From assembly GCF_018977255.1 (NCBI RefSeq), contig NW_024704743.1:68946001-69010000 (forward strand): a DNA stretch of 64,000 nucleotides, written 5' to 3'. The stretch comes from Callorhinchus milii (lineage: Eukaryota). Position numbers and translations under genes: made by a program. Positions 1-12,257 of the stretch are shown piece after piece (within the stretch, counting starts at the first letter, position 1; each line of letters begins with the position of its first letter). Under the pieces are notes generated by a model, which had not been told where the DNA came from, made no database searches, and saw only the letters and a program-made list of their open reading frames with translations.

Positions 1-1429
1 GTAATATGGTTTCATGGGATTCAACAAGGAGAATAAGAGGGTCAAAAATATATGGAGAGTAACAGCAGTACAAGCACGGTACTGACCAACACATCAGATG
101 CTATTCTTCAAACCTTGCTTTGATGAAAGCGCACCACTAAAAATACATGAAGGTGAGTTGTTGGCCTTTAGTTTAACAACTGTTGGTTTAATAAAAAAAT
201 GTTTTGAATGAACCGAGATCATTTTATATATCTATCTTTTTGACTGTGTCTTTAGTCATCTTTCTCCCCCAGCTTAGGTGACCAGTCAGCCACCTCAAGT
301 GCTTTGAGACATCTCCCTGACTTGACAAGCACTATATATACACATTGTTGTCATATAGAAAATGAACTTTATCAGTTATAACTAATAATCTTTTGATGGA
401 ATCGATCATCATTCAGCTGAACTTCCCAACTCACATCACCAATTTTAACATGTTTGGATGTACAGTATTCAGATTTACTAACCGCTGTATGTGAACACAG
501 CATATTAATGAGTTCACCAGAAAAAAAATCCATTCCTGAAAGCTCAGTTTTCACGCCAATACTTTATGTGCCACCTGTTATCTCACAACAGGAATAAGCA
601 AGGCAGGCAGGACAGTTACAGCACTTTTAAAAAAAAGTGTCATGGTACAACCCCCCCCACCCCACACACTTTTTACCTACTACAGTAATAATCCGTCAAC
701 GTCAAGACAATTTATAGGATTTACTTTTCCATTCATTTGAAATGCATTTAAATGCAGTCACTGTAACTAATCCCATCTCATGGTTACGTAACCTACAAAA
801 GTGCAATGGAGTCCTTTTCCATGCAATAGGCTGAGGCAGCCCAAATCGTTTCTTAGAAGCTAACTGTGCAGAGGAACCACTGTGTTGGTATTGCATCAGG
901 ACTTAGATAGGGCTGAATTAGAGCAACATGTCTAACATGAGGAATCCCTTCTGGTTTCCACCAGCCAAAGTTTTGCAAGATGTTGACATAAAACAATCCC
1001 ATCACCACGAGGAAGGCGGAATATTCTTCTTAAAGCTTCAGAGTAAGCTCACCAGTCTTTATTTGCAAAACAAAATGAAGTGTTGTTGTGAGGAGCCAAG
1101 GAATTCATTTACAGGATATGCAAAACGGCAAAATAACGTTGTTAAAAATAAAATAAAAGCACAAGCATTACAATCAAAAGCACAGACAGTAGATGATTCC
1201 TGGAAGGGATGCAAAACAGTGCTCCAGTCCAACTTGCAATGGATCATTCAATGCAGTCAATGCAACAGTCTCAGAATGTCCGTCAGTGCCCTCATCTCTG
1301 CGGCCACCAAACACTCGGCGTCTTTCTCTCTCCCTTTAATTCTATGACTGTCTGTGCCTCATTGACAGGACACCCCTGAGAATCTGTCAGTCAGTCAGTC
1401 AGTCAGTCGGTTACTTCTTTCACTCAGAC

Positions 1430-1940
1430 GGTGTATGGATCTGTGTGTCTGGGTCTGTGTCTCTGTGTGTGAATCTGTCTGTGTGTCTGTATCTGTGTCT
1501 GTATCTGTGTCTGTGTCTGTATCTACCTGTCTGTGTGTATCTGTCTATCTGTGTATCTAGTGTGTGTGTACCTGTCTGTGGGTGTGTGTCTGTGTGTACC
1601 TCTGTGTGTGTGTATCTGTGTGTGTGCGTGTACCTGTGTGTGTGTGTACGTACCTGTGTGTGTGTGTGTATCTCTGTGTGTGTGTGTGTGTACCTGTGTG
1701 TGTGTGTACCTGTGTGTGTATCTGTGTGTGTGTATCTGTGTGTGTACCTGTGTGTGTGTATCTGTGTGTGTGTGTACCTGTCTGTGGGTGTGTGTCTGTG
1801 TGTACCTCTGTGTGTGTGTATCTGTGTGTATCTGTGTGTGTGTGTACCTGTGTGTGTGTGTACCTGTGTGTGTGTGTGTGTACCTGTGTGTGTGTGTGTA
1901 CCTGTGTGTGTGTATGTGTGTGTGTGTGTGTGTGTGTGTC
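1430..1940. repeat. Compound (TG)n microsatellite with TACC/TATC interruptions, in STK17A intron 1
   Basis: Directly visible units such as tgtgtgtgtacc and tgtgtgtatc; source of the spurious VC-rich ORFs. Confidence 0.97.
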
Positions 1941-1992
1941 CTGGTCAGTCAGTCAGTGTAAGTGGGGCTGGTCCCAGTCTGACAGCCTTTAC

Positions 1993-2096
1993 CTGCCCAG
2001 TTCTCTGCCCAGGAGCGTGTAGTAGTTGTTGAAGTTGTCGGTGCAGATGCGAGTGTGGATGTGGGACAGCAAACCGCTCCGGGGCTGGGTCATCAT
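1993..2096 (-). CDS. STK17A: First coding exon of a DRAK/STK17 Ser/Thr kinase: MMTQPRSGLLSHIHTRICTDNFNNYYTLLGRELG(R); later exons not found in the window
   Basis: ACCATG start; ends GGC AG|gtaaag just before the kinase G-loop (ELGR|GKF in STK17 proteins). Lies downstream of HECW1 on the same strand, matching the known vertebrate HECW1-STK17A synteny. Confidence 0.85.
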
Positions 2097-2100
2097 GGTC

Positions 2101-2160
2101 AGGGCTGGCAGGGCAGGGCTGGCAGGGCGGGCAGGGCAGGGCAGGGCAGCCCGGCTGGGC
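2101..2160. repeat. (GGGCA/GGGCT)n short tandem array just upstream of the STK17A ATG
   Basis: agggctggcagggcagggctggcagggcgggcagggcagggcagggcag. Confidence 0.85.
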
Positions 2161-2221
2161 TCTGCTCCTGTCGGCAACGGGAGGGAAGCAGCTCCTTATA
2201 CCAACACTAACCCCAAACAGG

Positions 2222-2520
2222 GCTGCCTGCTGCCTCTCTGCTCTCCCCCTACTGCCTGGTGTCTCTGCTCTCCCCCTACTGCCTGCTCTCCCCCTACTGC
2301 CTGCTGTCCCTGCTCTCCCCCTACTGCCTACTCTCCCTCTACTGCCTGGTGTCTCTGCTCTCCCCCTACTGCCTGCTCTCCCCCTACTGCCTGCTCTCCC
2401 TCTACTGCCTGCTGTCCCTGCTCTCCCCCTACTGCCTGCTCTCCCTCTACTGCCTGGTGTCTCTGCTCTCCCCCTACTGCCTGCTGTCCCTGCTCTTTCT
2501 CTATTGCCTGCTCTCTATCC
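2222..2520. repeat. Minisatellite of 18-bp (ctgctctccccctactgc) and 9-bp (ctgctgtcc/ctggtgtct) units
   Basis: About ten imperfect tandem units are visible; source of the CSPPTA, LLSPYC and QAVGGE pseudo-ORFs. Confidence 0.93.
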
Positions 2521-3120
2521 CTACTGGCTTCTCTCTCTCTCTCTCCCTGCTGCCTGCTCTCTGGTGCAGCCTGCCCTGCTATAGCATCACCATGGTGATA
2601 AGCAGCTGATTGACAGCCAAGGGAGGCAGGAAAGGCGTCCCCACTGGCTGTTTCATTTAAAAAGGCAATGTCTGTCCTCCACTTTGGAAGAACGTTGTAA
2701 TAATAATAATCCTTGTACAAGTATTTGCTGTAGCGCCTATCACTTCAGGAGGCCATCTCAATGAGCTTCACCTGATATACTGGGTGGAGGGTGGGAGTAG
2801 GAGGGTGACTGCACATTTTGTAGGTGAACAAGCCAATTTGCGCACAGCAATATTCCACAATTAGCCATGAAATAAATGGCTAATTTTATTTTGAGCATCG
2901 TTTCACCCATTCCCATTCAACGGTAAATTCAGTGTTTATAAATATATAATCCTTGCACTTGATAGAGCACCTTATCATGTCGTCGAGACGTCTCAAAGCG
3001 CTTCATTTTGTTTTCATTGCCACAAAGCAGGACACCAGGACACCAGAAACTCTCTTCACTTTTCAAACAGTGCAATGGAATCTTTAGTGTCCTCCTGAAC
3101 AAGCAGAACCTACTTCAGTT

Positions 3121-3690
3121 TACAACAACAAGTTACATTTGTATGTCGCCTTTCAGGTTGGGAGGGTGTCCCAAAGTGCTGGACAGTCAGAGATTTGATT
3201 AGGATGGAGGATGGGAGTAGAAGGGAGAAGGGTGACTGAAGGCGTGGTCGAAGAGGAGGGTCTTAATATGGGCCTTGATAGAGGCAAGGGAGGGAGCAAA
3301 GCAAAGGGAATGTGGGATGGAGTTCCAAAGGATGGGGGCAGAGAAGCTGAAGTCCCGACCGCTGATGGTGGAGCAGGGATCACGGAGGAAACCGGAGCCC
3401 ACTGAGTGGAGGGAGTGGACAGGTTGATATGGGGTTAGCAGGTTCCAGAGGTAGGGTGGAGCAAGGCCGTGGAGGGTTTAGAAGGAGAAGACAAGGATTT
3501 TGAACTCTATCCTCTGAGGGATGGGGATCCAATGGAGCCGGGCAAGGATGGGGGAGATGGAGTCACAGAGCCTGGTGTGGGAGAGGATACGAGCTGCAGA
3601 GGTCTGGATAATCTGCAGTTTGTGGAGGGAAGAATTGGGAGGCCAACAAGCAGGGAGTTAGTTAGTGGAGCCTAGATGTAATGAATGCAT
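3121..3690 (-). mobile_element. L2-clade LINE 3' fragment
   Basis: Degenerate L2 ORF2 C-terminus (FSFSAPILWNSIP...KTLLF) with the shared 3' stem-loop and (TTG)n tail. Confidence 0.8.
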
Positions 3691-3944
3691 GTTTAATGTA
3701 ATCCAAAGGACAACACCTCCAACAATGCACTATTATCAATACAATGGAATGATTCCCCTCTGATTGTTAACCAGGAGAATATTAGATGTTTCCTTACACC
3801 AAGGATTGAAATGTTTCCAAGTGGAGGATCATGCCCGGAAAGTTCTCAATCTTATTCAATGTCAAGAGGAGACAGAGGGTTTAATTTGCAATATTTCCAA
3901 AAGGAGTGAAAGTGTGATTTCCATTTTGTCATGTTTTATCCTGC

Positions 3945-4290
3945 AAATCAAAGCTCTAATGCGTAGGGTGGTCCTTGTTGGATAAACAAAGGGAAGCTTG
4001 CCAGATAATGCTCTCAATGGCAAGCTATGTGATTTTAGCTGGTTAAACTTCAACAGTACCCCCAACACATGCTCTGTCCCCAAGCCATGGCTCTTGTCAG
4101 CTTGCGCCTAATACTCTCCGGGATTAGGTGAGCAGGATGCATCCCTCCAGGGAGAGTATGCATTCCATTCCTTCATCCATGTATAAATCAGATGTATGAA
4201 ACTCTCAGTTTGGTATGCATGCTCTGAAGCACAGTGATGGGTTTCCAGACATGTCAGACACCTCCCAAAAAGGTCAAAATAAAACCAAGT
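3945..4290 (+). repeat. Unclassified dispersed repeat, here called family X
   Basis: Shares motifs (taggtgagcaggatg..cctccagggagag..gcattccatt; ccccaagcc) with copies at about 5.3, 7.3, 17.3 and 42.3 kb. Confidence 0.65.
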
Positions 4291-5254
4291 TGAATGAATT
4301 TGCCTTTTTCTGTCCTGTCCTGCAATTGACATTGATAGTGGATTACCTTCAGTTTAGATGATGTTGATTTGCACCAAGCAGGGGATTGGGATCAGGTGCG
4401 GTGAAGGGCAGGGAGGGTAAGGGTGGGAGGGTGACAGAAGGGTGGGGTCTTGAGATGGGCCTTGAAGGAGGCAAGGGAAGGTACAAAGCAAGGAGAATGT
4501 GGGATGGAATTCCAAAGGGTGTGACAGAAAGCTGAAGGCTGACCGCCGATGGTGGGCCAGATTGGGTGGCGGATGTGAAACAGGAAAGCGGAGGCAGCGG
4601 GCAGCTCGGTATATTGTTAGCAGGTCACAGAGGTAGGGATCAAGGCTGTGGAGGGTTTTGAAGGCATGAATATAAAAAATAACATTGTCTGAAACTCAAC
4701 TGTGAAACAATATACTTTTTGTAAGATTATGATTTATAATTTGTTTCCTTATAAAATATGCATTGTTAAAACCATTGAGGTTACTGAGATCTTAATAGAT
4801 GTGCTCAGTGCAATTCTATGAAAAATATTAATAGCCCAACACTCGACTTTTGTGAGGAGAGATCCTATCCTTTGCTGCTTTTCTTCTTTCCCTGACAACG
4901 TGTGTAAGACTGGGAAAATTACCTCCTGCAAACCAAAGCACAAAGGTCAGTTAAGATTACAACTTGAACTTTACTTTAGTGACGTAGACAATAGCCTGGG
5001 TCATCCAAACACATGTCCTTGTCCTTTTGTGCTAAGTGTTACTCAATGGGAAACACTTTAGAAAAAAAGATGTGAATGAATGCTCCTAAGGAAACTGTTA
5101 GTAGTCAAAAAGCACTTGAATCTGTCTTGGTTGACCTTTTGAATCAATCTTAGTCACTGACAGTGTATAAGTATATGGTATAACCTTGTAACATGCCATG
5201 AAGCACAAACAGGTTTATTTCCCCTTAAGAAATGCTGAGAACAGTAAATCAATC

Positions 5255-5780
5255 GAGTCAGTCCTCAGTGTTGGTCTTGATCCTGTTACTGAGCCAGATG
5301 AGCCCATAGAGCTCCACAGCTCAGCAACCGGACTGGGGTGGCCCTGCTGATTGCAGACCAACTAGTTTGGCTCATTGGTAGGACATGTAGGGGCAGACTG
5401 GGGGCAAGGATTCTTCCCTCTCCACTCCCATTAACCCTGCAAGTTAAAGCCCTAGTGGGTAGGGTGGTCCTAGCTGGACAAGCAGTGGCAGCCTCTCAGT
5501 TAGAGCTTTCAATGGCAAGCTGTATGGTTTTAGATGCTGAATCTTAAGCGTGCATGCTCTGGGGTCCCCAAGCCTTGGGTTTTGCCACTCTGCACCTAAC
5601 ACAATCTCAGAATTAGGTAAGCAGGATGTGTTCCTCCAGGGAGAGAGTTTGCATTCCATTAGAGACACAGGAAAATTTCCATGTGTAGGCGATATACATA
5701 CATAGAACTCAGCTTAGTTTGGATACTCATAAGAAAATTGATATGTTTCTGCATATCTTAGGCACCGGGCTGACAATAAA
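5255..5780 (+). repeat. Unclassified dispersed repeat, family X (longest copy)
   Basis: Same motif order as 3945-4290; ends ggctgacaataaaa. Confidence 0.65.
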
Positions 5781-6976
5781 AGGCTACGGGGGGAGAAGGA
5801 GTGTGAAAGGGGTGAAAGATGTCCAAAACCCAATGTCAAGGTGCTAGGTGTTAAGGCCGGCTTTAAAAGTGGAAAGCGGACACGTTGGAAGGGCTCCCAG
5901 CTGGAGTTCCAGAGAGGAGACAGAATGACTGAAAATGATAGATCGGAGTTGGGGGAGACATGAAGCAGATCTCTGTTAGCTGAGCAAAGGGAGCAGCCAG
6001 GTCACTAAGTAGTTCACAGAGGCTGGATAGGAGACAGTCAAGAGATTGGAACGTGAAGATGATCTTGAATTTGATCTGCTGCACGTGGGGAAGCAGTAGA
6101 GTTGGGTGAGGATGAGGATGATAGGTTCACAGAACCTGATGTGGAAAGGACAAGTTCTGAGTTCTGGATGGTTCTAACATATAGCACAGGTATAACGTTA
6201 TTTCACCCCCAGCTCGGATGTCCAGTCAGCAATGTCCAACGCTTTGAGACGTCCTCCTGACGTCTATAGTGTTAGTCCCATGGTGAATATTACGCATCCA
6301 AAGAAAAAAAGTGATTTTATATGTACATGCCAACTAACAGCTGGAGGTTTACTTAATTATACATCTTTCTTGAGCTTCTTGACAGATCAGCCAACAACTA
6401 GTGGAAACCCAGTCTGAAACCACCCACCCCAAGGATAAAACGCAGCTGACAATTATTCATTAAAGCACCACATACTGAATGAGTTACGACAGACTCCCTC
6501 CAGACCTCAGTGAATTCAAAGTCATACAATCTCCACTTCAATATTCAATATTTTCTTCTGAGAGGGATGTATTAAACAGGTGAGAGACCATTTTTATTTA
6601 CCTGGCAACGTGACTAAAGGCCGCCCAATTCTCCTGATGTTTGATGCTGGAACAATGCTGTCGCAAAAGGAGAATAAAATTCAAAAAAGGCCTATATTCA
6701 GATTTATTGCTGCCAAGGTAATTTGAACAGTAACTCACATCAGAGAGTCTAAAAAAACTGCCACAGGAACACATCATCATAGGCACAGATTATGGCCTTC
6801 AAAAACTCACACCAAGAGAAAAGAACAATAACGTGAGTTTTTGCAGTGACTTTCACGTCAAGGAATGTCTCAAGGTGCTTGGCAATTACAACAGCGGATA
6901 CTAAACAGAAATAAAAGATTTGCAGATGTCAATTTTTTTTGGTCAGCCAGGTGTCTGACACATGCAGAAACCCACG

Positions 6977-7295
6977 GTGGAGTCCTGTAGCTTAGAGGTT
7001 AGAACACTCGCCTTGCAAGTGAGAGACCTGGGTTCGATTCCCAGCAGGGTGAAATGTTAGGCAAGTTTCCGTATTCCACATGCCTCTGTTTACCTAGCAG
7101 ATCGCTTTTCTGGTGGAAATAATTCCTTAAAAAAAATTGGTCATTTCAATCCACGACTGCTTTGCACAATTGGCTGTTACGTTTCGCCCACAAATATATG
7201 GTCAATTCACTTTACAGTATAATCTGTGAAGTGCTTTGAGACATCTCAAAGACTCGATAAAGTGCTACATCACATGTAAGGATTATTATTATTAT
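6977..7295 (+). mobile_element. tRNA-derived SINE inserted into a minus-strand family X copy (about 6932-7620)
   Basis: tRNA-like head with B box GGTTCGATTCC, L2-type tail and (TAT)n; family X sequence continues on both sides. Confidence 0.88.
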
Positions 7296-8394
7296 CATCA
7301 TCACCATGTTTAAGAGTATCCAAACTACTAAGACCTCCACATAAACATGGAAATTTCTGTTTGTCTGGAATGGAATGTGTACTCTCTCACCACAGTGATG
7401 CATCCTGCTCACCTTATCCTGGAAAGTAATAGGCATAGGTTGGCAAGAGCCAAAGTTTGGGGACTCAATTGTGTACATTGGGGGTACTACTGGAGTCCAA
7501 GCAGCTAAAACTGTCCATTTCAAACACTGACAGAAAGCTTCCCACTGCTTGTCCAGCTAGGATCATGTTACCAATTAGGGCTTTGGCTTGCAGGGTTAAC
7601 AGAAGTAGAGTGGGAAAAATGCCTGTATGTTACCTACTGTCATGATGATGAAGGGATGATTTTAAGTTGTTGTTAAAGCCAGGGAGAAAGGTATCATAGC
7701 ATGGGATCATGGCATTGGAAGAAAGTGCCAAATGATCCACTTAGTAGCCACTCGTTAAAATGAATTTCTTTTGCTATTGGGCCAAGAACATCCTCAGACA
7801 AAATTGGTCATTCATTTAATGGCTGTTAGTGAGACATTCTGTTAGCAAATTGGCTGCAATAATCACTGCATTTTACCAGTGAATCCTGAGAAAAGCATTG
7901 AGATATCCTCCCAATGTGAAAATGGCTATTTCATGTACAAGCACTATTGTTATTACTCAATTAAAAATGTAAATATCCACACAAAAATGCATTTATTACA
8001 GAAAATGCATCACTGGGCCATACAGTCAAGAGCATCGTAGGTTCAAATCAATCTGCTGACCCAGCAGAGCTGTAATTGGCCAGGATAAAAGAGAGGAAAA
8101 TAAGTCAGGTGTTCTTGCCTGATCATTAACATAGATTCTTTTTGGAAGATGGAACATGTGTGGACAGCATTGGTTTCAGCTGTGATGTTCCAACCCTCCC
8201 CAATTGAATAACCTACCAAGAACTCTTGTTGTCAAGACAATGCATGAATAATGGTCAATCGTGCAAGATATTAGAGGACGCTGAGTGATCATTGAACCAT
8301 GCACCAATAGAAGGAAGTCAAACACCTTAAAAATGATGCTATTCACGATCCTTTCATTTGCTATAGTGCCTTTCACAACAGGAGAATTCACAAG

Positions 8395-8700
8395 ATTCAC
8401 TGAAATGTGTAGTGACTGTATATTTTGTAGACAAACACAGAAGACAATTTTCGCACAGCAATTTCTATAAACAGTCATGAAGTGAACGACTAATTTTATC
8501 TGGGGTATTGTTTTTCAGGACACCAGAAGAAACTCCTTTCTCTTCGAATTCTGCCATGTGATCTTTAACTTTAACATCCACCTGAACAGGAAATATGGCC
8601 TTGGTTTAAGTTCTCATCCAAAGGGCAGCATCTCCAACAATGCAGTGCATCCCCACCACTGCAAACGCAGTGTCAGCCTAGACCATGCAAGTTCAAAGTC
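8395..8700 (-). mobile_element. Old Deu-domain SINE (AmnSINE1/SacSINE1-like)
   Basis: catccacctgaacagg..ggtttaagttctcatccaaagggcagcatctccaacaatgcag..gtgtcagcctaga resembles the reverse complement of the Deu central domain as I recall it. Confidence 0.65.
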
Positions 8701-9162
8701 CCATAACCAGTTGAGCTAAGAAAAAACCCCTGAGAATTATTGTTGATATATACTTATTTTAAAACATTATCCTGTGAAGTTGTTTATCCTGTGGTCCGAA
8801 ACATTGACTGGGACCTCATCCAGACGTGAAAGGCGCCATACAAATGTAATTTTGTTATTGTTGTTTACTTACTTGATTATTTGCTTTAACACTTTTTGTC
8901 CTGTAACTCTTTGGATCTACCACAGCAGTAGTCCTTCACGATTTCATACTGTAGAAAGAAATTTGCAGGATGTGACCACTCTTCTTACAATTTCTGGAAT
9001 ATCTGTCACGTGTGATGTTCTTTTATTCTCCCCCACCTGCACTCAGTAATACATTACATTGACAGTGATCTGGCTGATAACAATGGAAGTTATTTTCCCA
9101 ACAAAAATGATTGAAAATGCAAGTCTTACCTTCAGAACACTGCAAAAACAGAATGTAATATT

Positions 9163-9442
9163 ATAATAATAATCCTTGCATTTGATATAGCACTTTTCAA
9201 AGTGCTTCATCGAATATATTATAAAACGAATTGACTATATATTTATGGGTGAAACGCGGCAGCTAATTGTGCACAGCAGTGTCCCACAAACAATCGTGGA
9301 TTGAAGTGACCAATTTATTATTGATTTTTTTTCTTGAGGGATTATTATCAGGCGTGTAGAGTAAGGAAACTTGCCCAAGGTTTCGTCTGCTGTGAATCGA
9401 ACCCAGGTCTCTCGCTTGCGAGCCGAGAGCTCTAACCACTGA
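9163..9442 (-). mobile_element. tRNA-derived SINE (short form, 5' end clipped)
   Basis: Family head, body and tail motifs with (TAA)n at the left end. Confidence 0.88.
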
Positions 9443-9532
9443 ACAACAACAACAAAATATACATTTTAAAGTGCCTTTCACATTGGGAGGACATCCCAAG
9501 GCACTGTCCTTCTGACGTGAATCTCACAAGTT

Positions 9533-10140
9533 CAATAACAACGACAACAAGATTACATTTGTATAGCGCCTTTCATGTCGGGAGGACGTCCCAAGGCGCT
9601 GGACAGAGTACAGCATTTCAGACCCAAGCTGGGGTCGGAGGGGGAGAAGGGAGGGGAGGGGAAGGGGGTGGCCGATGGCATGGTTGAAGAGGAGGTTCTT
9701 AAGGCGGGACTTGAAGGAGGCTAAGGAGGGGGTGAGGCGGAGTGACTGGGGAATGGAATTCCAGAGGTTGGGGGCAGAGTGGCTGAAGGCTCTCTTGCCA
9801 ATGGTGGGGTGGGTGGGTCGGGGGACGTGGAGCAGGCCAGAGCCGGCTGAGCGGAGGGAACGGGCGGGTTGGTAGGGGGTTAGGAGGTCGCAGAGGTAGG
9901 GTGGGGCGAGGCCATGGAGGGCTTTGTATGTGAGGACCAGGATCTTAACTGGATCCTCTGAAGGATAGGGAGCCAATGGAGTCGGGCGAGAGTGGGGAAG
10001 ATGGGGTCACGGAGTTTGGTGCGGGAGAGGACACGGGCTGCAGAGGTCTGGATTATCTGCAGCCTGTGGAGGGAGGAGTTGGGAAGGCCGACAAGCAGGG
10101 CGTGTGCATAGTCGAGCCTGGAGGTGATGAAGGCATGAAG
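9533..10140 (-). mobile_element. Young L2-clade LINE 3' fragment
   Basis: ORFs 9880..10182 and 9524..9976 give HAFITSRLDY..LQIIQ..LHWLP..KILVLTYKALHGLAPPYL..RAFSHSAPNLWNSIP..FKSRLK (one frameshift), followed by an intact 3' stem-loop tail. Confidence 0.92.
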
Positions 10141-11941
10141 GCACAATAAATGTGTTGAACTGAGCAGGGATGTTGAAAACAACCATGAGCATTACTTCGT
10201 AATGCATTTTAATACATAACAACTTACATTTACACAGTGCCTTTCATCTAAAATGACATCAGAAAGTCTTTGCGAAATGAGAATAATTTGGAATTAAGTG
10301 AATAGTGTTATGGCAGGCAAACTTGATATCTAATGTGTGCTAGCAATGTGCCATTGCACAAAAAACAATGAGTAACCAGTTAAAGTGAATATAGGGGGTG
10401 AAGTTGGACATTGGTCAGAACAAACAGAAGTATTTAAGACACTCCTGAAATATGACATGGGATCTTTTACCATTGACCATGATCATCGAGCATGAAACAC
10501 GAGCTAGAGTGAACCTTGGTTTAATGACTCATTCAAAAAGAGATGATGATCTGGAATAAATAATAAATAATTCTTGCATTTAACGTAACAGCTTACCACA
10601 TCAAAATGTCTCGAAGTTCTTAACAAAAAGAGTTACTTTGAAGTACATTGAGTGTTTTTTATGTAGGCAACTAGGCCAGATAGAATTGAGGTCCTAAATC
10701 CAGCCAGTTCAGTTTAAACTTATTTTATATTGCAAAGTTGTCACATATTAAAGATGCTGACGTTAAATATATTAACCCAAGACTCTTGGTGCTAATAAAA
10801 TGTGGTTGAGCTTGACTTATAGGACTGATGACATAAGGGTTTTAACTTTTAGACTGCTGACAGTTCCAGGAAAATCACTGTCTTTGTGTGCCAACTGGTC
10901 TTATTTGTTTTAGCTTAAATACCGTGATACTAACAGCAACACCAATATTACAGTAATATGGTTATGCAAACATCAAGATCAGCTTTATTCAGTAATATGA
11001 ACAATTGGCATTCCAAGGCTGAATTTACCGCGTAATGTCAGATTTTCTGCCAATATAAAGTTTTTTGTATGACCTAACACTTAGATGCAAACTCCATGTC
11101 AGAGATCGATTTTATTGCATCAAATGCTTGGTAAAAGTGACACGTAAAGCCAGTTTTCACCGAAAAAAGGTTTTCAACAGAAAGGTTCCCATTTTTGAAT
11201 GAATAGGGAGTAAGAAAATATTGTATAATTAATAAGAGGGCAAGCACAGTTAAAGACTTTAAATGTTTCATTTTAAATTGTTTGCTTTATTTATTGTAGC
11301 AGATTAGGGTTAATCTTACACAATGAAGCGTTTCTAATATTTGAGTAGTTTTATTTCTGCAATGCTTTATCTTATCATTTTATTGGGGTCTTAGCAAGTG
11401 AGCTAAAAGAAATTACAGAACCAATCAGCCCAGAGGAACAGGAGTGTTGGAGGAATGAGTTATGCGCTATGAGTGAACAAACTAGAGCTTTCAGTTTTGA
11501 AAGGTGACATCTCAGAGGGAATCTGAGGTATGCTCTTTAAGCACTGCAAATTAGCAGCAGTAAGTGACTGACGGCCAAGACATGAAGGAAAGAAACCATA
11601 TGTCTCACAGGTGCATCCAGGCAACTAGGAACAAGCATGGACCAAGTCGAGTGCATGCTGCTGATGTGACAATAATCACGATATTTGACAATAAAGCTAT
11701 ACTATTAACATGTACAGAAAACATACATGGCGGATCACATGAAGCAAGTGATTTTGTGGACTATATTCTGTTTCTTTTGTGAAACACAAGTTGATTCATC
11801 AATGTGGAAGTGGCCACGATCTGAAAAGCAAAAAGGCCACGTGTGGCCAATGGCCACTCGACTGGACAGCCATGTTACAGGGATAGACAAGATTTCAAAT
11901 AGGATTGAAGAAGTAAAGGCACAACATTGCTGAACAATGCT

Positions 11942-12257
11942 TAATAATAATAATAATCTTTGCATTTGATATAGTGCTTTTCACGTCTTCGCGACATCTC
12001 AAAGCGCTGCACAGAATAGACTGTAAAGTGAATTGACCGTATATTTGTGGGCGAAACCTGGCAGCCAATTGCGCACAGCAGTGTCCCACAAACAGTCACG
12101 GATTGAAAATGACCATTTTTTATTATTGTTTTGTTTTGGAGGGATTATTATTAGACGTGGAGTAAGGAAACTTGCCCAAGGTTTCGCCCTGGCTGGAATT
12201 GAACCCAGGTATCTCGCTTGCAAGGCGAGTGCTCTAACCACTGAGCTACAGGACTCC
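11942..12257 (-). mobile_element. Full-length tRNA-derived SINE (short form)
   Basis: Head GGAGTCCTGTAGCTCAGTGGTTAGAGCACTCGCCTTGCAAGCGAG, family body, tail and (TAT)n. Confidence 0.92.

Noticed and set aside
928..1347. 139-aa plus-strand ORF
   Set aside because: No recognisable domain; it lies antisense within STK17A intron 1.
1445..2032. Long Val/Cys-rich ORFs
   Set aside because: They are translations of the TG microsatellite.
2222..2520. CRISPR-like array
   Set aside because: The units are contiguous with no unique spacers, there are no cas genes, and the context is vertebrate.
2026..2720. ORFs with CSPPTA, LLSPYC and QAVGGE repeats
   Set aside because: The 9/18-bp minisatellite keeps several frames open; there is no other coding evidence.
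9130..9139. 10-nt microexon-like motif ttgcag|TGTTCTGAAG|gtaaga on the minus strand
   Set aside because: It is intergenic and adjacent to a SINE tail, with no host transcript evident.
11636..11874. Possible TIR pair catgg..agtcgagtg / cactcgact..ccatg
   Set aside because: The inverted match is imperfect and no TSD is present.
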